A stretch of 61,099 nucleotides of DNA, filler included, from Basidiobolus ranarum (GCA_040143965.1; 7 parts of 7 records of this genome joined end to end with filler, not necessarily neighbours in it), one strand, 5' to 3'; shown: positions 26,171 through 39,992, counted from the first letter of the whole stretch. The notes: a model not told the origin generated them from the letters alone. Numbers and translations: made by a program.

Positions 26171-27904
26171 NNNNNNNNNNNNNNNNNNNNNNNNNNNNNN
26201 NNNNNNNNNNNNNNTTAATTAATTAANNNNNNNNNNNNNNNNNNNNNNNNNNNNNNNNNNNNNNNNNNNNTTCCAATTGTACGTATGGCTAGTCACGCAC
26301 TTTTTGAATTTCTTTAATGCCATTTACTAGCTATTCTAGTTCACATATTTCTACGTACGGTGTGCGCTTGAATTTGTTATTGTTATTTCCCGAGTGTTGG
26401 CTCTACAGGTGCGCCATATTCAATCATATTCGTGTTGTGGCAAATACAACTGCATTTCCAACTACGTGTTATTTACTATGTGGTGGCTGAATCTCAACGA
26501 TAATTTGTGATTCAGTTTCAACTGACGTACGTTACACGCCTTAAAATAGATGCTTTTTATCGTGGCCATGGCCCATGTTTGTTACCTGTTAGTCGAGTGT
26601 AAATGCCATTTCATGGAACCATTTGCAAGCGCACCTTTCCTTCAAATTCTACTTTCGATGGTTTGTTGATTCAGGTGAAAAGAAATGCAACTAGAATTAA
26701 GTTGAATGCGTACTAGGTAAGGCTACCTCAAGAGACACTATGCCTTCTTGATGAAACACTAATATGAGTGGTAGATATTTAGCAACTGTATAAGGTATTT
26801 GATGAGAGTATGATTTCTCTCTCGGTAGATATCTTAAATATTGTAGAAGCCTTATTTTTCATGTGAAACAATATTCTTTGCAAACAATGTAGATGGTGTC
26901 TTGTTGAGCTTGTATTCTTGCTTTGTACCTCTGTCCAGTATCTAAAAGTATCGCACCTCACTGTGATGAAAATCACCGATTGAAAATATGTAGGCATCTT
27001 GGAGGTATTTATTACAGTCAAGTAGGGAATTTGATGGTTAAATATAGTGAGCGGGTGTTTAGTGCACTAACAATTGCTCCAGTTGATATAGAATTTACGC
27101 GAGACCATATCTGTGAAATGATACTGCATAGATGTACAAGAATAGGTAAATCATAATAATATTTCAGTGGTAGTAATATATTGCGTATCACAGCTGAGTG
27201 CCCTTCCTGTCATTAGTAGTCGCATTGTTGACTGCTTTACGAATAATAACAATCGAACCTTGAAAACTGGTTTTAAACTTCACAGCATGAAACTTTACAT
27301 CACTGAAACCATCAGAGGTTCCTTACTTCCCTTTTCAGTATTTCTTTTGTATGCGCCCTGGGGCTTATCTACTCTTGGAATTTCTCTTCTTTGCGTGCAT
27401 AGACAAGTGAGCCAGAGAAGGCTTGCTCTACCTGAACGAAAGGATCGCACAATGATGCTTATAATGAGTGTATTCGCTTGCCCGAGTTTCAAAATATCTG
27501 CTCCTACTGAAGATACGGAGACTAAACGGAACAACTGAAGATCAAGATAGGCATTTGCAATGCTATAAAGAGAAAGTCTGCATAAATGGGATTAAAATAC
27601 CTTTTGTAGTATGATCAATGACATCATTCGATTTCAGGCAACGTACTGCCAAGATAAAGTATTATATGAAACATACGTATTACCACTAGTTCTTGCGCCA
27701 CAAATATTCTAGCGAGGGTTAAATCTTCTGAAATGCTGTTAATGTGATACAAACTACCATTTACACCTTTTGGCTATCAGCGTTTTGTAACGAACGCCGC
27801 AGTTTAATGCTTACAAAACTATAAATAGTCCCCATATCCTATTCTCTGCTACTCACATTCCTTTAACAATAATTCTCTTTTTATTTATTGATCAAAGGAG
27901 TAAA

Positions 27905-30900
27905 ATGCCCTTCGTTTCTGCTTTAAAAGAAAGTTTTGCAACTGCACCAATTCAAGACCGAGAGGCCATTGTCCAAAAACTAGCTACGGCTAATACTGAT
28001 GACGCAAATTACTACCAAGGACTTGTAATTCTGCAAAAAATCTATGACGAACTAATGAAACAAGAAGAGCCCACCAAAGCTCGGAAGCCAACTTCCATTG
28101 AAAGTGATCTTTCAAACGAGATGCAAAAACTTTTAAAGAATATCCCAGCCCATAGTGAAAGATATATTGAACTCAACACTCGTTTTCATCTTTTGATTTA
28201 TCCCATTGAAACTTTAAAATCAGTCGAATTTATCAAAAAGGGTTTATATATAGACTTGCTAACCCAAAAGCAAGTGGAAAAAGAGGAAAACCATGGTACC
28301 ACTACTACAGCCTCCACTTTGGACAACAATCTATTTAGCGGATTCAATATTTTGAAAAACAGCTTCGATCAATATCAGTTGAATGGGGATCTCGATGTTG
28401 ATGTTTTGGCGTTTCCTGAAATAAAAACTGCTATTCTTGACAAGAACTTATTGTCTGATGACGAAGAAGTCGCTCTTTTGAAAAAACTTTTCTTACATCC
28501 AACCGAGAAGCTTTTAGGCAGTAACATTTTGGATCGTTTGAGTCGACTTTGGAAATTACAACATAATGAAGAACACAAGCAGTCGAATTCGTGGCGTTTG
28601 CAGGATTTACCATTTTACACATTTACTCTGTCACAAATGGATCAATTGATTGAAAATATACCAAATATTGTACTTTTGTATGAAAATTTTATTCGCACGT
28701 ATCTCGAAAAATTAGTACCAGCTCCTTACTACAGTAGCTACTCCAATGGCGATTCGATTTCTTTTTGGGATGACGATGAGAACATTTTGAATGATTATTT
28801 GAAACGTCTGGAAGCTTTTGTTCAGAAGTTACCTCCTATTTACTTTCTACTAAAGTCTGCTGTGAAGTTTCACCAACTACGCGTCGATATTGTGCGACAG
28901 GATTTCCAAGAAATTAACTTGATTCAGTTAGTATTGAAATTTATTATAGATTTATAATATATTGACTTCTTTTGTTAATAGGTATTTAGAGGGCGCATCT
29001 GATAAGTCTATTGCAGCATCTACTCACATTTCCAATGTATTTTCATTCAATAAGCAAAACAATACCGGATTCGACAACACCAATGGTATCACTGCAAAGA
29101 CTTGTATTGATATTCCTCTTTTGGGTTCTTGTGAAATCCCGGAAACAGATAAACTACAGGTTGTACAAGAATATCTCACAGGCTTGATTTCTCAAGGAAA
29201 GTTCACAACCAACATCGAATCTCTCGGTGCCTATATGGATTATCATGATGTCTTGAAGCCTCTTTATGCAAAAATCATGTTAACCATATCTCCAGAAATT
29301 CAACAATCTTGGGCCACAATGCTGGGATCCTCACAGTATGAACGTTTGGTAGCTGAGTCCTCGGTTACATTTACACCTTCCACATTAAATGCATCTGTCA
29401 AGAGAAAACCTGGAGACTCCATACGTCTTTCTATTAGAACAAAGAATATTCAACGTCTCGCTATCCGTGTATTTCAAATCAACACAGAAAATTACTGTCG
29501 TGTTCATATCAACAGTGATGCGAGAACCATTGCTGACAAGAATAACAAAATCGATCTTGACGGTCTCTGTCCTACCTGGGAAAAGGACATCGATTTTAGC
29601 TCCGAGCCTGCAATTCGAGTCAAAACAAGCGATTTTACTTTTGGCAGTGAAGGCTTTGCTCCCGAACTTTTCGAAGGACGTGGTCTTTGGGTGATTGAGT
29701 TTGTTGGTGGTCAAAATCAATGCAGAGCTATCATACAGAAGGTAATAAGAAGATAATGGATTTTCAACTATTAGCAAAGGCATGATACTAAAGTATCTTT
29801 CTCTATAGGGCTACCTTAGACATGTAATCCAGGAAACTATAGCTGGACATGTCGTTAGAGTATTGGATGAAACTGGGTTGTCTCTTGAAAACGCAAAGAT
29901 CTGGTGCGATAACCAATATTATCAGGTAATGTATACCTACTTCATGATTAGTTGTATATGCATTACTCACCATCGTTCTTTTCTTTCTATCCATTACATA
30001 TTAGGCTGACGAATCCAACAATATCCTAATACCATATTTACCATTTAATGGTGATGCTAAAATGAATAAGATGTTATTAATATCAAAAGTAGACGATTTT
30101 TGTGAGCCAGCAAGCTTTTATCAATTGGCCGAAGAATACAGATTGGAGGCCGATTTCTATGTAAATCCTGAGATGACTTCATTCAACAAAAAGTCTACAG
30201 TAAGTAACATTCCTCTATTGATACTGATGTGGAAGGCATACTCAATTCTTTTATGTAGGTCGTTGTCAACCCAAGATTGACCATGAATGGTATCTCCATC
30301 CCACTTTCTCTTATAGAGAAGATGTCTTTACTTGTTGAATGTATGAACGTTGATGGTGTGACCAATAGCACTACTTGTCAAAATATCGGCAAATACCCGA
30401 GTTCCATCCATTTTGAGTTCATGGTACCTGATCGTTGTAAGTGATTTCTAAATTTACATAAATCCTCATTAGATACTAACCTTCTGTACATACAATAGTG
30501 ACGAATCTTGAGTTCTCTCTTCAAGCCAAAATCAAAACACTGAATGATACTTTGAAAACAATTGATGTGAAACATAGTATCCAGTATAGTTCACCTGTTG
30601 ATCACACTGGAGTACCTGCAAGCGTTCATTTGAAGAAAGCTGTAGACGACAACTATTTCATCTATGCTTTTGGAAAGAACGGGGAGCCCAAGAAGGACTA
30701 TGAAGTATCGCTCAAGTTGAAGCACGCATACATTCAATATCGTCAGGTTGAAGTTATTTTGAAAACCAATTGTGAGGGCATCATTGAATTAGGCAAATTA
30801 GCGGGTATTCAGTGGATCGAGTATTCCAACTCCTCTGGTGCATACAAGCAGTGGTTAATCAACCATAATAAACAAAGTCTCTTGCCTCCTGCTATTTGTG

Positions 30901-33900
30901 TATCCACTAACACCGCTTTTAAACTTTCTTGCCCTTCACCCTCAACATCCGAATCTCTCTTTTCGTTGTACAAAATTGGTGTAAGAGAGTATGATCTAAT
31001 TTTATTTATTCTGAATCCAATCTTCAGTACTAACCTTGCCGTGTAAAATGCTAGGATGCTCATTGAAAATTTCTCTGATCGCATTGAAAAGAAGGATTCC
31101 TATATTGTTATTTCTGGCCTACCTGAGGGGGAATATATGCTTTACACTGCCTCTGTCTCTGAAGGAACAAATCAGATCAAGTGCACTGTTATTGAAGGTC
31201 AAATTGATTCTGTTGAGAGCCAAGCGACACCCGGTGAGACTAGTAAGAAGGAACATTTTTGGTCTGATTGGATTATTGGTAACAACAGCTACGCCAAGCA
31301 AAATGGTATCGTGTTGCATCGACCTTTGGATATATCTGATATTTCTGTATCAGAGAGGAATGATGTGACTATCCAATTACAAAACTGGTCATCAAAGTCA
31401 TTTGTGGTTATCACCACAAGTACTTTTGTACCTACTAGCTCAGAATCTTTGGCCATACTTATGAATAAGCGTTCGTTGCCAAGAACTCTTGCACAAGAAA
31501 ACAGAGTTATATCAGACTCCAAGTCATTGTTTCTGGATGATAAAAGATTAGGTGAAGAATATCAATACGTTTTAAATCGCGCCCGTGCTGAAAAATGGGT
31601 TGGTAGTAATTTAACCAAGCCTACCTTATTGATGTATCCCAAGGTAAATTGCTCTACGACTCTTATAATGAAATGTTCAAACCTATTTTAACCGTTCTCT
31701 CGCTGATAGAAAAATGCTTCCACTAGTTCTGATTCAAGATATCTCCAAAATGAAATAGCCAAAAAAAGAAAATTAATGACCAGATACGGAGGTGGAGAAC
31801 GCGCTTTTCTTGCCGACGCAATGTGTTATAGAAAGATGGGTGACATAGGAAGATTAACCGAGTCTAGCTTAGCATTTTTGGATCATTATTCTCCCATTTT
31901 GATTCTGCCAGTATCAGCTGATGGAACTATCTCTGTTGAACGTCAATCACTTGGACTTGGTAACTTGGTACAAGTTGTTGCAATCTCTGGTGAGCAAGTA
32001 GTTTACAAGAACACTGTCTTGTCTTCAAGCGATTTCTCTGAATTTAAATACAACGATCTTCGTCAAAAATCTAGTAGCAACAAGGCTCTTATTCGCTCTA
32101 AAGTTGTCAAGAATCTTTTACCCAAAGAAAAGTTGGTCATCAACACTAATGAGTATGAGACAATCGATAGTTTTGAAAAGTTATTCGATACCATCAAGAC
32201 CATTTCCACTGTGGGTGATTCCTTGGCTAACGAGTTTGATTATTTAAAGACTTGGCCTGGTCTCGATGCTGAAAAGAAACTAAAACTGCACGAAGAAAAA
32301 GTATGCCATGAGCTAAACTTTTGGCTCAAGAAAAAAGATACCCTATTCTTTAAGCAGTTTGTTGAACCTGCAATTAAGGTAAGAATGACAAGCATTTACA
32401 TTTCTAAAATATCATATGCTCATCATTCCTTTCACTCTATTTAGAGTAAAGTTCAAAAAACATTCATGGATCTTTACCTTGTTGACGGAGACCTTTCTGA
32501 ATACAGTAGCAATATTTACAAGTACGCACAGCTAAATACAGTTGAGAAGTCTCTATTGGCAACGAGGAGCTCAAATGAATTTGCCAAGACTGTTCTCCGA
32601 GTTTTCAAGGAAGCTTTCGATGATAAAAAAATTGATGAGAGATCTGATGCTATTTTCGATTCGATTCTCGCAGGTAGTGCACTTGCCTTACCCCAAAATC
32701 TCGATAGCATTGAAGCTTATGAGAACGTTGAGGTGGCACCTCCTCCAGCTCATTCATATGGATTCGGTGCTCCAAGTGGTGCAAGTTTATTTGGATATGG
32801 ATCATCCTCTGCACCTCCTCCTCCTCAACTACGTAGCTCTGCCTATCAACAATCACCTGGTTATAGCGCTCAATCGCCTGCTTACTCAGCTGCATCAGCA
32901 TTTGGTCAATCTGATGGTCTAGTCGACGACGATGACGACGAAGAACTTCAAGAAGCTACTAATGAATTAAGAGAAAAAGCTAAACAACGACAGAAGAAAG
33001 TTGCATATGAATTTGCTAAACAAACAAGTGAATGGATTGAAACTGGCTATTATAATAGTCAAGATACCATTCCCGTTAAAAAATTCTGGATTGATTACCT
33101 CGAATATCACTTGGAGAAGAGCGGTGATGAACAACAAGATGTATTTCTATCCGAAAATTTTATGTATTCTCTCAGTAACTTGACTGAAATCATGTATGTA
33201 TTAAGTTTGATCGATTTGCCATTTGAAACAGAAACAAATTGGACAAAGGAGGTAACAGAGACAAACTTGGAACCTGACAATGGTGCCATACAACTGGCTA
33301 TATGTGCATCACCTACTCATCCTTTAATGGTCTTTTACCGCACTTTAACCGAAAGCACAACACCTTTTTCACCGCAGAGTGGTAATAGTGACAACAATTT
33401 AATGCTTGGACAAGAACTGTTTTTGTATGACAAGAATACGCCCATTGATTCGGATGAATGTATCAAGATCAATCCATTGTCTAGTCACCTCGATCCACTA
33501 GTGGAGTATGGCAATCATGTCATTATCAGCAATGTATCGGGTAAAACGTTGACATGTCAAGTTACTGTTCAAGTTCCCACTGGTTCTGTGCCCTGTGCAG
33601 ATACCCCATATTGCAAATCCAGAACAATTTCTATTGATCCTTATGCCACTTGGCATAAAGTTGTCGGCTCCTTTTACTTTCCTTCTGCGGGTGAATATAC
33701 CATCGTGCCAGTTACTGTATCCACCTTATCCGGTGATAAACTTCTTGGAATGATCGAAGCTATCGATGTTATCGTTGTTGCAAAGTCATCTTCCGAAGGC
33801 AATATTAGCTCTAACGATGCTGAAAGTCAATCACTCTCATTAGCTTCTTGGCCCACACTTGCTAATAGTGGCTCTGCTGAGAAAGTGATCTCCTTCCTTG

Positions 33901-34914
33901 AAAATTACAAAAAGTTGGACCGACTCGATTTTAGTATGATTGGATGGAGAATGAAAGATGGTTCATTTGCTCGTCAAGTATTTAATACACTGTCGTTGGG
34001 TCGTTGCTTCTTTTCTCAAGAACTTTGGAAATACGGTGTCTACCATCAATTTGATGATATTATCAGAGATTTGTTGAATTTCGATAGCAGCAACATATTA
34101 GCCAACACCGGACAAGTATTTGAGTCACCTTTAGTCAGTAAAAAGAGAGCAGATCACACTCAAATTTATGACTACTACCCACTCTTGAATGCTCGTGCTC
34201 ATCCGTTGAAATCTACTTCTCATGAAATTTTGAATGCTCAATTCTATGAAAGATATGATAAATTCCTCAGCTACTTGAGCCAGCAATCCAGTGAGCCTTC
34301 CAACACTGATTTGGTCATCTTGACGCTATACTTAATTTTGCAAGATCGTATTGGAGATGCTCAAACTACGTTCTCTCGCATCCAACTAGGCTCAAGCGAT
34401 ATCGATTGCCAAGTACAAACTGATTATCTGGAGGCTTACTTGAAGACACGGATACCTGTTGTTGACCAAATGGAACAGCAAATCCAGGACCTTGAGTCAG
34501 TCAAGGAAATTGCAAGCAAATACAAAGATTTTGGTATATTGAAATGGCGCAAATTATTTACGGAGTTGTACGATTTTGGTTGTGAAGTAGAGCAAGGTGA
34601 TTCCACCATCACAGGTGACCCAGCTCGTCGTAGCACAAGAATTCAATCTGAGCCTATCCTTGAGTTTGAAATCCACCAAGAACAGCAAGAATTGATTGTT
34701 CAATATGCCAATTTGAAATCCGTCGATGTCAAATACTACGAAATGAATATTGAAGTCATGTTCTCTACGAACCCCTTTATGAATGATCGTGCTACTTCTA
34801 TGATGAGTAATGAGAACTTTACCTGGGTTAAGCCTAACTACACTTCAAGAGTCGATTTCCCTGAAACACAAAAGACTTCAGTTACCCTTGAGCCAAATAT
34901 GGAGGAGGATTATA
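27905..34914 (+). CDS. Giant uncharacterised protein (>2160 aa, 9 exons, 3' truncated by gap)
   Basis: Exons 27905-28926, 28982-29741, 29809-29925, 30005-30199, 30259-30436, 30499-30988, 31055-31643, 31710-32378 and 32445-34914 join in frame with GT-AG introns. TATAAATA at 27820. No signal peptide. Confidence 0.85.
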
Positions 34915-35054
34915 NNNNNNNNNNNNNNNNNNNNNNNNNNNNNNNNNNNNNNNNNNNNTTAATTAATTAANNNNNNNNNNNNNNNNNNNNNNNNNNNNNN
35001 NNNNNNNNNNNNNNCTATAAAATCAGAGGCAAAAAAAAAGGAATACCTAAAATA

Positions 35055-35238
35055 TCCAATTGTTTTTATAGCAACAACATGTTTGCAAAACCAATTTTCC
35101 CCAATCCAAATGATTTTGGGCCAAAGCTAAAAAATCCAACTAAATTGGATAAAAAGCAACATTTAGAGTCTCCAATTTTTTCTTATAACAGCTACATATT
35201 TCCAAAGCCAATTTTCCCAGAACCAGATGAGTTTTAAG
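35055..35238. repeat. Diverged ~65-bp local duplication in AT-rich DNA
   Basis: TCCAATTGTTTTTATAGCAACAACATGTTTGCAAAACCAATTTTCCCCAATCCAAATGA vs TCCAATTTTTTCTTATAACAGCTACATATTTCCAAAGCCAATTTTCCCAGAACCAGATGA. Confidence 0.6.
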
Positions 35239-36848
35239 AATAATACATAACATACTAAATATAACATATGACTTGTGTTATTTTTTTTGATTTTGGCAAA
35301 TTAGAAGATGGTCTCAAGGGATTTTGATACTAAATAATAATCAGAAAATATATTAAGCAGAAAAATACTTAAAAATAAGCAAATTGCCAAAATTGTATTT
35401 TAAACAAAAGTGTAAAAATGAAAATTAGAAATAAAAAGGATTGGATTTGAAATGGAAATATGTAATAAAAGGAATAAAGATGGAAAAATGGGAAATGGGG
35501 AAAGGAAAAACTTATATTTTTATGGGAAAAAGGATGGTACACCTATATATAAATAAATAATCCTATAAAATATATAAAATAGTTTTGTCCCCCTATATAT
35601 ATCCCATCTGCAGAGAGAAGAAGATTACATTTTTCACCAAATCTGTACCAACTAATAAGAAAGTAAAGAAGTTGCACAAGAAGGTGTCTACCATCAAAGA
35701 TCTTAGCTTAAGATATAACCACAACAAAGAAACATTACATCTGCAATACTCCCTTCTTTCTTTTGATACTGTGATGACTGTATCCCCCAGATGCCTTCTT
35801 TACATCCTTACCCTTACTAGAACATATATACCCTAACCCTTTGAACTATAGTGTCTATCAAATGACAATGATTCAAGAAGGGATAAGATCAGATGTATTT
35901 ACAAAATGAGCTGTTTTTAAAACTAATGCCATTAGGGCATATCAAAACTCTTGTAGAGATTATGGCACTAACCTTTTGTGTACCTAAAGCTCCTTGATAC
36001 TTGTTATCTCTAAGATATTAAAGTCATTTATCTGATGTATACCAAGTGACATATTTTACAATAAAAAATGTAGGCTCAAAATTTGAGTGCTGTGAGAATA
36101 TTGCATGTTAAACAATTGGAATGCTATTTGGTGTGGCCTTATCAGCATCTCCTGCCTAGCAAAGTAGGTTACCTACTGAGAATTGCAACTAGCGAATGTA
36201 GATATGCTCACTAATTCACCCATAGTATAGGCCTGTATTATAGACAACATTTGAATTGATTCCACTCTATTATGGTTGAAAGAATAGCTCATAGCTCTCT
36301 CGGATATCCAGTATAATGGTATTCTGTACATGAATATGACTCTTTGCTGGTTTGAATTCGATGCATATCGATCGCATGGTGAAACTTAGTGAATGTATCT
36401 ACTAAATATAAAATGAATGAAACACAAGCATTAAACAATACGTTGCAGTAAAGTTGAAGTGCTGGCGCTGGCGCTGGTGCAATACTCTACCTTAATAGTA
36501 GTTAACATCGGATCAGTAGGAATAAAGAGGAGATGATAGAGTCTTGACTTTAACATAGGTGTTCAGGTGCTGACCGAGCGACCTTGGCCAAGAATGAAAA
36601 ATTGGTCAGACGTTTCTATGGAACTTAGAAAGTACCAATCGTGCTGATTGATGACACACACTCAGTGGCTATGTCACCGGAATATACGTAACGTTTGAAG
36701 TGATAATCACTTTGCATGAAATCTTGAGCACTTCTTGGGCGTCTATAAATTTGGAACGAAGTTGTAGAAGAAAAAGTATTAACCTGGAATATCAAGCAAT
36801 ATCACGTAATCCAACTTCTCCACTTTAAATTAAATCATAAACATAACC

Positions 36849-37355
36849 ATGAGATTCGCACTTGTAACTGTTGCTTTAGTCGTCTGTATGGCTCCAGCTT
36901 ATCAAGCTTCCGTCAGTTTGGATGGGAGATGTGGAAATGGGGTTGATTGTCCAACTGGAGCATGTTGCTCCACCTGGGGCTTCTGTGGTACTGGATCTGC
37001 TTACTGTGGTGGTAGCGGAACTAACGGTAATAACAATGCCAATAGTGGTGGTAGTAGTGATAATGGTAATGGCGGTGGTAGCAGTGATGGTAATGGTAAT
37101 AATGATAGCCAACCACCGCATAACGAGCCCAATCCGGATAATTCTCAACCAAGTCCAGCACCGACCCAACAAGGTGGTGATGAAAATAACGCTGGAAGCA
37201 CACCACAGCAACCGATGGCAACAACTCCAGTAGCTGCTAATCCGGAACCAACTCCAAGCAATAATAACAAAGCAAATGGAGGGGAATCTCTTTTCAATCC
37301 GCTCACAGTACTTAGTGGAGTAGCAATTGTATATACTGGATATTGGAATTATTAA
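36849..37355 (+). CDS. Secreted chitin-binding (CBM18/hevein) protein with G/N/P-rich stalk and probable GPI signal
   Basis: Signal peptide; DGRCGNGVDCPTGACCSTWGFCGTGSAYCG; low-complexity stalk; hydrophobic C-terminus. TATAAAT at 36744. Confidence 0.9.
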   Translation: MRFALVTVALVVCMAPAYQASVSLDGRCGNGVDCPTGACCSTWGFCGTGSAYCGGSGTNGNNNANSGGSSDNGNGGGSSDGNGNNDSQPPHNEPNPDNSQPSPAPTQQGGDENNAGSTPQQPMATTPVAANPEPTPSNNNKANGGESLFNPLTVLSGVAIVYTGYWNY

Positions 37356-38885
37356 CTTGAAATTACACTAAGCCTATAATCCAACATCATCAAAGTGACA
37401 CTTTTAAGGAAATTAATAAATCATTCACTTTATCTACTTAGGTTATAGATCTTTAGTTTCTACTTGAGATCATTTCATTGGTAAGCTAACAAGGACTTGA
37501 CAACAAAACTTCAATGGAGTTCTTGCTATCCTTGGTTCAAGATATATTCACTGCAGATTTTGGAGCATCATATTGTGTGCTTGTAGAAGTCTTGATGATG
37601 TGAGTATACCATAATGTATTTCATTTGCAGATGGGGGTACGTATTCCATTTTTAGATCTGCATCTTATTATATTGAAAAGTTCCAAAGTAGGCGATATTG
37701 GGTATTATGAGTAAAGAGTGGGATAGAAAGACATAATTTCAATATATTATCATCTTTAACTACCAAAATGCTCTCAGAGATACTACATCGTGGTAGTAAT
37801 CAGTGATACTCCTACATGCAAATGTACTTTCAAGTAATTATATTTATATTACTCTCTGACAAGTTATACATTGGAAGCCCTTGATCAGCTGTGTTGCATT
37901 CTAAGCACCTATATATTGCAATTATTTCTCACATCACAACAAGGGCTACAGTAATTGGCAGAAACCAAGGATAAAAGTATAGCGTATGCAAAAGGACCAT
38001 TTTAAGATTCAATAGTTTTAACATCAAGTCCAGAAGTTTATTTGTACAGACTACAAAAAGCAGTCTGATTGTTTAAAACCATTTCGCATTCAAACAGGTT
38101 TGTAGCACGGTAGATTCATCTAGGTATGGTTGCTATTTCCCATTCCGCTTAAACAATGAATATTTGTTAGTTACGTAAATAACAATTTCCACTATATATG
38201 AGTTCTTGAATTTCTCCATAACCTACATGTACAATATACATATTTACTGAAAGTTAGTGAGATCATCTGAACCATATTGCTTAGGTTATGAGTCAATTAG
38301 TGAGAATAATTATTCAAGAATATAACAGGTAGCATCTTCAGTAAACATCTCTCTCAGCTGGCATTATCCCTTTATAATGGAATATATTTACTCAGCTAGC
38401 TGATAGTAACAAAGAAGTGAGCCCTTTGTACTAACATTAATAGTAACCTAGCAATCAGGGAACCCCTATTCACTGATTACAGTGTACTAAGTGCATAATC
38501 TTGTCTAGGCATCTTAAACTTGATGACATTCTTGCTACTCAAAAAGTACACATCAAGATCGCCAATTATGCTTTACGGAAGATATCTGTTCTTTACAGGC
38601 TTCAACTGGAATGATATTATACACGAGAAATTACTACAACCAGTGCCTAGATAAATCATATACTAGCATTCAAAGTAAGATCAAGAGCTACATTAGTCAA
38701 GTCTATGGTAATATCCCCATTTAGCAGCAGATTCAAGGGGTACTCTTAAATGGATCAGAGATACTCTAATCATTATAGAATGACTTGGATTACACACCGT
38801 TGCTGATAGTCTTTAGATACACTTGCGTGTCATTTTGGGCGTATAATAGGGGATATTATTTTCCTGTATCTAAAGTCATCTTTGT

Positions 38886-38938
38886 ATGAGTCATGTTTAC
38901 TGGGATAGAAACTGGGGATAGAAACTGGGGATAGAAAC
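38886..38938 (+). promoter_or_regulatory. AP-1/Gcn4-like site plus 3x 13-nt tandem repeat just upstream of a TATA-like element
   Basis: ATGAGTCAT (38886-38894), then ACTG(G)GGATAGAA x3 (38899-38936), then CATATATATA at ~38952. Confidence 0.5.
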
Positions 38939-39158
38939 AGGCCGCCACAAACATATATATAGCGTACCAAAACTACAGATTTCCATCAGACTCAACATTT
39001 CAATTGCAACCCGCATTGAATACTACTACAAGGTACACATAAACTACTGTATACGATTAAATGTCTAGCTCTTAAACTAACTTGATTACACTTTTTTTAC
39101 ATGGTACTCTATTCCGCTTTTCTTTCTGTTAATAATCCTGGTTAACCTTCAAAATAGG

Positions 39159-39593
39159 ATGAGTGCTACTTTATCAAATGGCGTATATAGAATTGAGCTT
39201 CCACATGATCAGCTCGTTACACAACCAGAAGGTAGTGAGACTGGTCCAGCTTACCTATTACCTCCGACTGGCAATGCAGGCGAACAAGAATTTGAAATTA
39301 GCGAAAATTCGGATGGCACAGTGAATATTCGAAATATCAAGTCAGGGCATTACCTCAGCAGCGAGAATGAAGTGAATGCTACTATTATCTTGGAAACGCA
39401 ACCAAAGAGTTGGACTCTGACTCCAGGGACTGAACCTTCTACCTATGTTATCCAGCTTCCAGGTGAGCCAGTTGACGGGGAAATCTTAGCTGTTGACATG
39501 TCGCTTTTAAGGATTTTCCCACCAAGACTTGCACTTCGACCATTCAATGAGAGGGATGGGCAACAGCAATTTAAATTTAATCCTCTTCAATAG
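39159..39593 (+). CDS. Cytoplasmic beta-trefoil (ricin-B-like lectin / protease-inhibitor-like) protein, 144 aa
   Basis: LSNGVYRI start, QxW-like repeats (EQEFEI, PKSWTL, QQQFKF) and DGTVNIRNIKSGHYL. No signal peptide. Intronless CDS with a 5'UTR intron 39033-39157 (ag|GTACAC..AATAG|G ATG). Confidence 0.75.
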   Translation: MSATLSNGVYRIELPHDQLVTQPEGSETGPAYLLPPTGNAGEQEFEISENSDGTVNIRNIKSGHYLSSENEVNATIILETQPKSWTLTPGTEPSTYVIQLPGEPVDGEILAVDMSLLRIFPPRLALRPFNERDGQQQFKFNPLQ

Positions 39594-39992
39594 AGGTAGC
39601 TAAAAATTAAAGAATCACCCATGTTGTTCTTGAGTGTAAGAGGAGGCAATCGCGAAATAAATGTTGTATGCACCAACACCAGTATGACATCAACGATGTA
39701 ATCAGAATTAATGGACAAAGCACATTTCCTGGATTAATATATAAAGTAAAGAAAGCATTATTCTGGATCTCTTCTGGGTCTCTAATCTTCGGTATAACAA
39801 TGCATTTGATGTGTAGTAGCGACTATGTTATTTTTATTAGGAAATGATTACTCAAATTATTGGTTTATTTGTTACCGATATTGATATTAATACTGATACT
39901 GATTTAATACTCTTATTTATAAAGATCTAAATGTAAGGAAAGTGAATGAGCACTAATCACTAGATGAATGAGCAACAATCAATAGAAAGCCA

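Noticed and set aside
27167-27538. 123-aa ORF and overlapping antisense ORF
   Set aside because: No ATG context, motif or codon bias; likely spurious.
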